From Alphaproteobacteria bacterium (lineage in GTDB: Bacteria > Pseudomonadota > Alphaproteobacteria > CAAHEQ01 > UBA3637): 36,813 nt of DNA. A program made the translations under genes and the position numbers. Location: NCBI GenBank assembly GCA_045617605.1, contig JAZLIX010000031.1, positions 1 to 36,813 of the forward strand, written 5' to 3'. This document shows positions 18,120 to 25,988 of the stretch, piece after piece (position 1 is the first letter of the stretch; every line of letters starts with the position of its first letter). The notes beneath the pieces are model-generated. The model worked only from the letters and a program-made list of their open reading frames with translations, did no database searches and had not been told where the DNA came from.

Positions 18120-19877
18120 ATGGTAAAATTAACAATTGATTCAAAAGAAGTTGAAGTTCCAGCTGGAACAACAATCTTAGATGCTGCTAAATCCGTTCAA
18201 ATCAAGATTCCGACATTGTGTCATCATCCTGATTTGCCACCTACTGCAGCTTGTGGTATTTGTATTGTAAAGGCCGGTGGTCGTATGGTGCGTTCTTGCT
18301 GTACACCTGTCGCTGAAGGGATGGAAGTGGTGACCCGTGATCCGGATATTATTGAGGCCCGTCGCACAGTTTTGAAATTGACTTTAAGCAAACACCCGAA
18401 TGAATGTTTGACATGTTTGAAAAATGAAACTTGTGAACTGCGTAAATTATCAGCCGACTTTGGTATTCGTGATACAGAATTTGCGAACATTACGCCAACC
18501 AAGGAAGAAATGCCTGAAGATGATTCCACAAAGAGTATCGTTTTGGATCCACGTAAATGTATCCTGTGCGGTCGTTGTGTGGAAGTTTGTCAGAATGTGC
18601 AGAATGTGTGGGCTTTGTCCATGTTGAAACGGGGAATCAGCACTCATATTTCCCCTGCTGCTGACAGTAAATTGGCCGACAGTCCATGTATCAAATGTGG
18701 TCAATGCACTGCCCACTGTCCTACAGGGGCTTTGACAGAACGCGACGACACTCAATATGTGTGGAGCTTATTACAAGATCCAGAAAAGTATTGTGTGGTT
18801 CAAATTGCTCCAGCTGTACGTGTTGCTGTCGGGGAAGCCTTTGGGTATAAACCCGGTGAAGTCACAACAGGTAAAATCTATGCAGCACTGCGCCGTTTGG
18901 GCTTTAATGCCGTCTTTGATACCAACTTTGGGGCAGACGTCACAATCATGGAAGAAGGATCCGAATTCATTGAACGTTTTGTGAACGGGAAAGGCGCTTT
19001 GCCTTTAATCACTTCCTGCTGTCCTGCTTGGGTGGATTACATGGAAAAATATTATGGCGATATGATTCCTCATTTCTCCAGCTGTAAATCTCCACACGAA
19101 ATCGTGGGCGCTTTAGCCAAAACTTACTATGCTGACAAAGTAAATGTTCCCGCAGAAAAAATGCGCGTGATTTCCATTATGCCTTGCACAGCCAAGAAGT
19201 TTGAAATCTTGCGCAGTGAAGAAATGTTCTCATCAGGTTTCCAAGATGTCGATGTTTCTTTAACAACACGCGAACTCGCCCGTATGATTAAACAGGCCGG
19301 TATTGATTTCAAAAACTTACCTGAAGAAGAAGCAGACTCCCCATTGGGTGCTTACACAGGGGCAGCCACTGTCTTTGGTTTTTCAGGTGGTGTGATGGAA
19401 GCAGCTTTAAGAACTGTTCATGCCATTGTGACAGGCAAGGAAATGCCTGAAGATGCTTTGGAAGTCAAACCTATCTTGGGATTAGACAAGGGCATCAAAG
19501 AAATGGCTATGGATTTGAACGGACAAGAAGTTCGTATTGCTGTGGCACATGGTATTGGTCATGTTCAAGCCTTGTTAGAAAAAGTACGTGAAGCCGAAAA
19601 GAAGGGTGAAGAACCTCCTTATCACTTCATTGAAGTGATGGCTTGCAACGGTGGTTGCGTGGGTGGTGGCGGACAACCTTTGGGTGTCACTGACGAAATT
19701 CGTAAAGCCCGTATGGAAGGCTTGATGAAAGACGATCGTGGATCCAAACTGCGTTGTTCTCACTTGAATCCAGACGTGAAAAAGCTTTATGATGAATTTT
19801 TGGGTAAGCCTTTATCCGAAAGATCTCATCATCTTTTGCACACCAGCTATCAAGCACGAGAGCTGTACAAAAAATAA
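18120..19877 (+). CDS. hydA: [FeFe]-hydrogenase catalytic subunit (M3-type, CpI-like)
   Basis: H-cluster motifs TSCCPAW, MPCTAKKFE and EVMACNGGCVGGGGQP. N-terminal [2Fe-2S], His-ligated cluster (HPNECLTC) and two CxxCxxCxxxC(P) motifs. The ATG at 18120 (MVKLTIDSKEV) has an AAGGA SD; the track start at 18024 lies inside hydB. Confidence 0.93.
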   Translation: MVKLTIDSKEVEVPAGTTILDAAKSVQIKIPTLCHHPDLPPTAACGICIVKAGGRMVRSCCTPVAEGMEVVTRDPDIIEARRTVLKLTLSKHPNECLTCLKNETCELRKLSADFGIRDTEFANITPTKEEMPEDDSTKSIVLDPRKCILCGRCVEVCQNVQNVWALSMLKRGISTHISPAADSKLADSPCIKCGQCTAHCPTGALTERDDTQYVWSLLQDPEKYCVVQIAPAVRVAVGEAFGYKPGEVTTGKIYAALRRLGFNAVFDTNFGADVTIMEEGSEFIERFVNGKGALPLITSCCPAWVDYMEKYYGDMIPHFSSCKSPHEIVGALAKTYYADKVNVPAEKMRVISIMPCTAKKFEILRSEEMFSSGFQDVDVSLTTRELARMIKQAGIDFKNLPEEEADSPLGAYTGAATVFGFSGGVMEAALRTVHAIVTGKEMPEDALEVKPILGLDKGIKEMAMDLNGQEVRIAVAHGIGHVQALLEKVREAEKKGEEPPYHFIEVMACNGGCVGGGGQPLGVTDEIRKARMEGLMKDDRGSKLRCSHLNPDVKKLYDEFLGKPLSERSHHLLHTSYQARELYKK

Positions 19878-19885
19878 AAAAAAGA

Positions 19886-19914
19886 ATCCCCGCCCAAAAG
19901 GTGGGGATTTTAAT
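19886..19914 (+). terminator. rho-independent terminator after hydA
   Basis: Stem ATCCCCGCC (19886..19894) / GGTGGGGAT (19900..19908, one G-U pair) followed by TTTTAATTT. Confidence 0.75.
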
Positions 19915-19927
19915 TTCAACAAATTTA

Positions 19928-19956
19928 TTGATTTTTTTTTAAAATACGCCTATTCT
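19928..19956 (+). promoter_or_regulatory. sigma70-type promoter for adhE
   Basis: TTGATT (19928..19933), 17-nt spacer, TATTCT (19951..19956). Confidence 0.45.
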
Positions 19957-19978
19957 TTCTTGAAGAAAAGGGGAGAAA

Positions 19979-22573
19979 ATGTCGTACGTTAAAAATATTA
20001 AAGAATTAGAAAAACTGATTGACAGGGTTCATCAGGCCCAAAAAGAATATGAAGACTTTTCAGAAGAACAAGTCAATCAAATTTTTAAAGCGGCCGCCAG
20101 CGCTGCCGATAAAGCCAGAATTGATTTGGCTGAATTAGCTGTTGCAGAAACAGGAATGGGTGTTGTAGAGGATAAGGTCATCAAAAATCATTTTGCTGCC
20201 GAATACATTTATAACAAGCATAAAAATACAAAAACCTGTGGTATCATCAGTCGTGATAAGATAAATGGGACTAAAATTGTCGCCTCACCTTTAGGGGTGA
20301 TTGCAGGCATTATTCCCACAACAAACCCCACTTCTACGGTAATTTTTAAGGCTCTGATTTGTTTAAAAACACGTAACGGGATTATTTTTTCACCGCATCC
20401 GCGGGCAAAAAAATCCACGATTACAGCTGCAAAAATTATATTAGAAGCCGCCGTCAAGGCAGGAGCTCCAAAGGATATTATCGGGTGGATTGATGAACCA
20501 TCTGTGGAGATGTCGCAAACATTGATGACACATCCAAAGATTCAAGCCATTTTGGCAACAGGGGGACCAGGGATGGTAAAGGCAGCCTATTCTTCTGGGA
20601 AACCAGCTCTGGGGGTTGGCCCTGGAAATGTGCCAGCGATTATTGATGAAACAGCGGATATAGAGCAAGCTGTTTCCTCTATTTTACTATCTAAAACCTT
20701 TGATAATGGGATGATTTGCGCTTCAGAACAATCAGTTATTATCGTTAAAAAAGTCTATGAGGCCGTAAAAAAGGAATTTGTGAGGCGTGGCGCCTATGTG
20801 ATGAATAAAGCCCAAATGACAAAGTTGGGAAAAATCCTGTTGGATAAAAAAGGTGTCAATCCACGTATTGTAGGACAAGAGGCCACTGTCATCGCTGAAT
20901 TAGCTGGCTTTAAGATTTCTGAAAACGCTAAAGTCTTATTGGCTGAACAAACAGATTTAACAACAAAAAATCCCTATGCACACGAAAAATTATCGCCTAT
21001 CTTGACAATGTATAAAGCCGACACTTTTGATGAAGCCACCGAAATGGCAATTCAATTGGTACATTTAGGGGGAATGGGCCATTCTGCCGCCCTTTATACG
21101 GACGAAAGAAAGCAAGATAGAATTGATGCTTATGCTGAAAAAATGCCCACAGGACGTATCTTGATCAACAGTCCTTCATCGCAAGGGGGGATTGGCGATT
21201 TGTACAACTTTAAGCTAGAGCCATCCTTGACTTTAGGGTGTGGGTCATGGGGTGGCAATTCCGTCAGCGAAAATGTCGGTGTTAAACATCTACTGAATTA
21301 TAAAACTGTGGCCGAAAGGAGAGAAAATATGTTATGGTTTAAAGTACCACCCAAGATTTATTTCAAGCGAGGATCAACGGATTTGGCTTTAAGGGAATTT
21401 GCGGGGAAGAAGCGAGCCTTTATTATCACCGACAGATTTTTATTTGACTCGGGGGCTGTGCGTACTGTGACAAATACTCTGGAAGCCATTGATATAGATT
21501 ATCAAATCTTTTTTGATGTGAAACCTGATCCCACGTTATCTTCAGTAGAACAAGCCCTAACAATGGTCAAATCCTATCAGCCTGATTTATTTATTGCCTT
21601 AGGGGGAGGATCGCCCATGGATGTGGCCAAAATTATTTGGCTGATGTATGAACAACCCGAAGTCAATTTTGAAGACCTGTCCATGCGCTTTATGGATATT
21701 CGCAAGAAGATTTGTCAGATTCCTGACTTAGGAAAAAAAGCCCAGTTAGTTTGTATTCCAACAACATCTGGTACAGGCTCGGAAGTAACACCGTTTTCCA
21801 TTATTACGGATGATAAAACACACGTCAAATATGCAATCGCTGATTATGCCCTGACGCCAAACATGGCGATTATTGATGCCAACTTTGTGGATGAGATGCC
21901 AAAAGGATTGACTGCTGCCGGCGGACTGGATGCATTGGTGCATTGCCTGGAAGCCTATGTGTCCACGATGGCAACGAACTATACGAATTCGTTAGCTTTG
22001 GAAGCCTTAAAACAAATTTTCAGGTATCTCCCCAAAGCCTATCAAGAAGGGGCAAAAAATCCTAAAGCACGTGAAAAAATGCACAATGCCGCCACCATGG
22101 CTGGTATGGCGTTTGCGAATTCCTTTTTGGGACTCTGTCATTCTATGGCGCACAAAATGGGAGCCATGTATAATATTCCTCATGGGATTGCCAATGCCTT
22201 ACTCATCTGTCAGGTGATTCGGTTTAATGCAACTGATTGCCCCAAAAAGCAAGCTGCCTTCCCGCAATATAAAGCCCCTGAAGCCAAAGCGCGTTATGGA
22301 CAAATGGCACATGTTTTATATTTAGCAGGTGAAAAGGTATCCGATGATAAAAAGGTGGATTTATTGATTAAAGCCATCCAAAAATTAAAGAAAACCTGTG
22401 GTGTTCCTGAATCAATCAAAGCCTATGGCATCAGTGAAAAAACTTTCAAAAAGAATCTGCCCCAGTTGGTACGTTTAGCCTTTGATGACCAATGCACCGG
22501 AGCGAATCCTGTCTATCCATTGATGAAAGATATTCGGCAAATCTATCTGGACGCCTTTGAAGGAAAATGCTAG
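19979..22573 (+). CDS. adhE: bifunctional acetaldehyde-CoA/alcohol dehydrogenase
   Basis: 864 aa. N-terminal ALDH domain with the catalytic ICASEQS cysteine. C-terminal iron-ADH domain with GGGSPMDVAK and CHSMAHKMG. GGGGAG SD. Confidence 0.95.
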   Translation: MSYVKNIKELEKLIDRVHQAQKEYEDFSEEQVNQIFKAAASAADKARIDLAELAVAETGMGVVEDKVIKNHFAAEYIYNKHKNTKTCGIISRDKINGTKIVASPLGVIAGIIPTTNPTSTVIFKALICLKTRNGIIFSPHPRAKKSTITAAKIILEAAVKAGAPKDIIGWIDEPSVEMSQTLMTHPKIQAILATGGPGMVKAAYSSGKPALGVGPGNVPAIIDETADIEQAVSSILLSKTFDNGMICASEQSVIIVKKVYEAVKKEFVRRGAYVMNKAQMTKLGKILLDKKGVNPRIVGQEATVIAELAGFKISENAKVLLAEQTDLTTKNPYAHEKLSPILTMYKADTFDEATEMAIQLVHLGGMGHSAALYTDERKQDRIDAYAEKMPTGRILINSPSSQGGIGDLYNFKLEPSLTLGCGSWGGNSVSENVGVKHLLNYKTVAERRENMLWFKVPPKIYFKRGSTDLALREFAGKKRAFIITDRFLFDSGAVRTVTNTLEAIDIDYQIFFDVKPDPTLSSVEQALTMVKSYQPDLFIALGGGSPMDVAKIIWLMYEQPEVNFEDLSMRFMDIRKKICQIPDLGKKAQLVCIPTTSGTGSEVTPFSIITDDKTHVKYAIADYALTPNMAIIDANFVDEMPKGLTAAGGLDALVHCLEAYVSTMATNYTNSLALEALKQIFRYLPKAYQEGAKNPKAREKMHNAATMAGMAFANSFLGLCHSMAHKMGAMYNIPHGIANALLICQVIRFNATDCPKKQAAFPQYKAPEAKARYGQMAHVLYLAGEKVSDDKKVDLLIKAIQKLKKTCGVPESIKAYGISEKTFKKNLPQLVRLAFDDQCTGANPVYPLMKDIRQIYLDAFEGKC

Positions 22574-23193
22574 CCCTTTAACAATTTTTTAATGGGGGCA
22601 TAAGAACGGCGGTGTTCGGGGGTAATACCATATTGGGCAAGACCTTCCTGATGTGCCTTTGTCCCATAACCAGCATTTTTTTCCCAGCCATAATGGGGAT
22701 ATTTTTTGGCAAGTTCGGTCATAATTCTGTCACGAGTCACTTTCGCTAAAATACTAGCCGCCGCAATAGAAAGGCTTTTACCATCGCCCCCAACCAGTGC
22801 ATATTTTTCCATATCCCAATCAGGCAAGCGATTACCGTCAATCAAGGCAACAGTAGGGGTAAAGCCCTTTTTTATGACTTCATTCAAGGCCCGCCGCATC
22901 GCCAAAAAAGAGGCCTGCAAGATATTGATTTCATCTATTTCTTGAGCTGAGGCCTGCCCAATTCCATAAATGGGTGTTGCCATAATAATTTTATCAAACA
23001 ACATTTCCCGTTTGGCTGGGGTCAATTTTTTGGAATCATTGATTTGTTGAGCCAAATCATCTGGACATTTAAAACCAGACCAACCCACGCAAGCCGCCAC
23101 CACCGGCCCGCACCAAGGACCACGCCCTGCCTCATCCAACCCGACAATCAGGCCCGTTTTATTCAAACTTTTTTCAAATACAAAATCAGGCAT
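22570..23193 (-). CDS. rnhB: ribonuclease HII
   Basis: GLDEAGRGP catalytic motif. 207 aa. Confidence 0.92.
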   Translation of the reverse strand: MPDFVFEKSLNKTGLIVGLDEAGRGPWCGPVVAACVGWSGFKCPDDLAQQINDSKKLTPAKREMLFDKIIMATPIYGIGQASAQEIDEINILQASFLAMRRALNEVIKKGFTPTVALIDGNRLPDWDMEKYALVGGDGKSLSIAAASILAKVTRDRIMTELAKKYPHYGWEKNAGYGTKAHQEGLAQYGITPEHRRSYAPIKKLLKG

Positions 23194-23194
23194 A

Positions 23195-24451
23195 TCAGCC
23201 TTTCAGGCGAGTGCAAATATCCTCATAGGGCATCAAATGAGAAATAGGTCCCAAGGCTGCCACTGTCGGTTTTTGATTAAACAAAGCATTCGCACAATCA
23301 GCTAAATCCGACATAGACACTTTTTTCACAGCCGATAAAATTTCACGTTCAGAAACCACCCGTCCAAAGTGCAACATCATCTGAGCATTCTTATCAGCGT
23401 GCGTGGATGGATTTTCATTTTGCATTAAAAGACGAGCCTTAATTTGCGTTTTTGCTCGGTCAATTTCTGTCGTGGTTAAGGTCGTGGAAAACTTTTTAAT
23501 TTCATCACACAAAACAGGCATCAATTCGGCCACCTGTTTTTCCCCTGTCCCTGCATAAATGCTGAACATTCCCGTATCAGCATCTGAATCGGAAGAAGCA
23601 TGAACCGTATAGACAAGTCCCCGTTTTTCACGAATTTCTTGGAACAGACGAGAGGTCATTCCGCCCCCTAAAATCACCGCCAAAACCTTCATTGTCCAAT
23701 AATTATCCGCTCCATAAGGAACACCTTCAAAGCCCAGTAAGAGATTGACTTGTTCGTGGGCTTTTGCTTCATAACTAAATCCCCCTTGATAGCAAGCAGG
23801 TTCAGCCACCTGTCCCTTATGAGAATTGACATCCATAAATAATTTTTCACATTTGTCCACAAAGTCATCATGATCAATTGCCCCAGAAGCACTGATAATC
23901 ACCCGATCAGAGGTATATTGACGATGCATATATTCCAACATTTTTTTAGGTGTCATTGCTTGAATAATTTCGGCTGTCCCAGCAATACTACGACCAAAAG
24001 GTTGATTGGGATAAGCTGTACGTTCAAAGTTTTCCTCAACCACCGCTTCGGGCTGATCCTTATACATATTAATTTCTTGGATAATCACGCCTTTTTCGGT
24101 GTTCAATTCCCCAGCATCCATAGAAGCGTGCTGAAAAATATCTGAAATAATATCAAGGCCAGTATCTAAATCTTCCTTTAACAAACGGACATAATACCCT
24201 GTCATATCTTTGCCCGTATAGGCATTCATATAGCCACCCACATTTTCAATAGCAAGAGCTATATCCAAAGCCGAACGTGTGGTCGTTCCTTTAAAAGCCA
24301 TATGTTCCAAAAAGTGAGAAATCCCATTTTCTGATTCAGTTTCGTACCTTGAACCGACCCCTACCCATGTTCCCAAGGCGACTGTATTAACATGCGGTAA
24401 TTTTTCGGTAACCACATGGATACCGTTTTTTAAAACACTTATTTTAATCAT
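23195..24451 (-). CDS. M16-family zinc peptidase (pitrilysin / MPP-like)
   Basis: 418 aa with an intact inverted zinc motif HFLEHMAFKGT (HxxEH). Confidence 0.9.
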   Translation of the reverse strand: MIKISVLKNGIHVVTEKLPHVNTVALGTWVGVGSRYETESENGISHFLEHMAFKGTTTRSALDIALAIENVGGYMNAYTGKDMTGYYVRLLKEDLDTGLDIISDIFQHASMDAGELNTEKGVIIQEINMYKDQPEAVVEENFERTAYPNQPFGRSIAGTAEIIQAMTPKKMLEYMHRQYTSDRVIISASGAIDHDDFVDKCEKLFMDVNSHKGQVAEPACYQGGFSYEAKAHEQVNLLLGFEGVPYGADNYWTMKVLAVILGGGMTSRLFQEIREKRGLVYTVHASSDSDADTGMFSIYAGTGEKQVAELMPVLCDEIKKFSTTLTTTEIDRAKTQIKARLLMQNENPSTHADKNAQMMLHFGRVVSEREILSAVKKVSMSDLADCANALFNQKPTVAALGPISHLMPYEDICTRLKG

Positions 24452-25247
24452 CTATAGGCTCCAAATACAAGATTTTCAAGAATTTTTCTTTAAAGCTGTT
24501 CCATTTATCTTTGATATTTTCCTTGTCCCAATCCACCAATTTTCCCGCTTCATGAGAAGACGTATAAGCTCCAGAAAGATGATCTCTATCAATATGATAC
24601 CCATCATCAATTGGTTGAAGACGTTTCAACTGGATAGAACGTTCAGAAGATAATTGCATCATCACGTAACCAGAACCGCCCCCTATAACATCTCCAGAAC
24701 TAGAAGCTTCGAAACTAGCGCCCAACCAACCTGTATCAAAATTGATATAATCAATTCTAAATTGAAACGCCAAAAAAGTATTTCCAAGTTCAGTGGCATG
24801 ACATTCAAAAGAAGGCGAGGTAAGTCTTATTTCCCCCTTTGGAAACAAGGTAAAATGACTGACCTTTGGAGAACATTTAGGATATTTTTCATTAGCTTTC
24901 AATTGATAATCCAAAAACAGAGAAAAACCATTTTCCAAACGTTCTTTTTGAAGAATACGAATAAAGGGAACTTGAAAGACAACCTGAAGCATATTGGTTT
25001 GACCATTAAAAGTAAGAGGTTGATTCAAACACTTTTTTGTTGAAGCATCTGCTGAACACACCAAAATTTGATTGGCATTATTCTTAAACATTTCCGTCAA
25101 TTTTTTAAGCACAGACTCTTGCTCAAAAGAAGTAATTGGCTGACATATTTCTTGATTACATATCTGTGCCACAGAAGCATATCCCACAGTTCCTTTTATT
25201 AAAAGGGCTGTAAAAATAATTCCAGATTTGAATCGATTTAAATTCAT
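24444..25247 (-). CDS. hypothetical secreted/periplasmic protein
   Basis: AAAGGA SD. N-terminal signal-peptide-like segment GIIFTALLIKGTVGYASVA followed by several Cys residues. Overlaps the M16 peptidase start by 8 nt. No domain recognised. Confidence 0.7.
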   Translation of the reverse strand: MNLNRFKSGIIFTALLIKGTVGYASVAQICNQEICQPITSFEQESVLKKLTEMFKNNANQILVCSADASTKKCLNQPLTFNGQTNMLQVVFQVPFIRILQKERLENGFSLFLDYQLKANEKYPKCSPKVSHFTLFPKGEIRLTSPSFECHATELGNTFLAFQFRIDYINFDTGWLGASFEASSSGDVIGGGSGYVMMQLSSERSIQLKRLQPIDDGYHIDRDHLSGAYTSSHEAGKLVDWDKENIKDKWNSFKEKFLKILYLEPIDD

Positions 25248-25283
25248 TTTAATCCTTTTTTCTTTATACTAGCGATAAAAAAA

Positions 25284-25988
25284 CTAAATTGCAAGTGTTT
25301 TTATTTCTTCACGATATTGCCACAAAGAAAGAGCCGTTAAAGCCGCTGTTTCTGCCCGTAAAATTGTGTTCCCTAAATGCCAAGAGTAAGCTTCTGCTTG
25401 TTGAAATAAGGCTTGTTCTTTTTCTGACCAACCGCCTTCTGGACCAATAAAAAAAGCAGGCGGTAAAGAAAACTTTTCCCCTTTTGTTTTTCCCCGTTCA
25501 GAAAGCCAGACAAAACTATTTTTTCCCTTTAATTTTTCCATGACTTGAGATAAAGAGTCGGGGGCAAAAAGCATGGGAATATCATTCCGTTCACATTGTT
25601 CACACGCTTCATAAATAATACTGGTTAACCGATCCATATTCACTCGTTCATTGTTGGAGCGTTCTGCCTTGATGAGATAAATCTCACTGACACCTAATTC
25701 AGTGGCCTTTTGAAGAGCGTACACAAGACAATCTCGTTTAATCAGAGATAAGCATAAAGTCGTTTTTTGACGTGTTTGTTGTGGAATAATTTGTTTTTGA
25801 AGTTCCAAATTCCAATCTTTCTTTTGTTTTTTTAATAAAGCATTCCAATCACCCTGTTGTCCATTAAAGCATACAACACTATCACCTTCTGTTTGACGCA
25901 TCACGTGGGTTAGATAATGACTTTGTGGAGCTGTCAAAGAAAGTTGTTTTTTAGGGCTAAAAGAAGAATTAATAAAAAGTCGAATCAT
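25284..25988 (-). CDS. rsmE: 16S rRNA (uracil1498-N3)-methyltransferase RsmE
   Basis: 234 aa. C-terminal FFIGPEGGWSEKE and ILRAETA motifs typical of RsmE (SPOUT class). Confidence 0.85.
   Translation of the reverse strand: MIRLFINSSFSPKKQLSLTAPQSHYLTHVMRQTEGDSVVCFNGQQGDWNALLKKQKKDWNLELQKQIIPQQTRQKTTLCLSLIKRDCLVYALQKATELGVSEIYLIKAERSNNERVNMDRLTSIIYEACEQCERNDIPMLFAPDSLSQVMEKLKGKNSFVWLSERGKTKGEKFSLPPAFFIGPEGGWSEKEQALFQQAEAYSWHLGNTILRAETAALTALSLWQYREEIKTLAI

Noticed and set aside
16065-18755. Several 100-aa-class minus-strand and alternate-frame ORFs inside hydC, hydB and hydA (e.g. 16065..16367, 17386..17688, 17857..18174, 18224..18529, 18450..18755)
   Set aside because: These are shadows of strongly supported hydrogenase genes, with no translation signals.
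19932-19940. T9 homopolymer within the adhE promoter spacer as a phase-variation switch
   Set aside because: Homopolymer A/T runs of 7-9 nt are common throughout the intergenic DNA of this AT-rich window. Nothing singles this one out without population-level length variation data.
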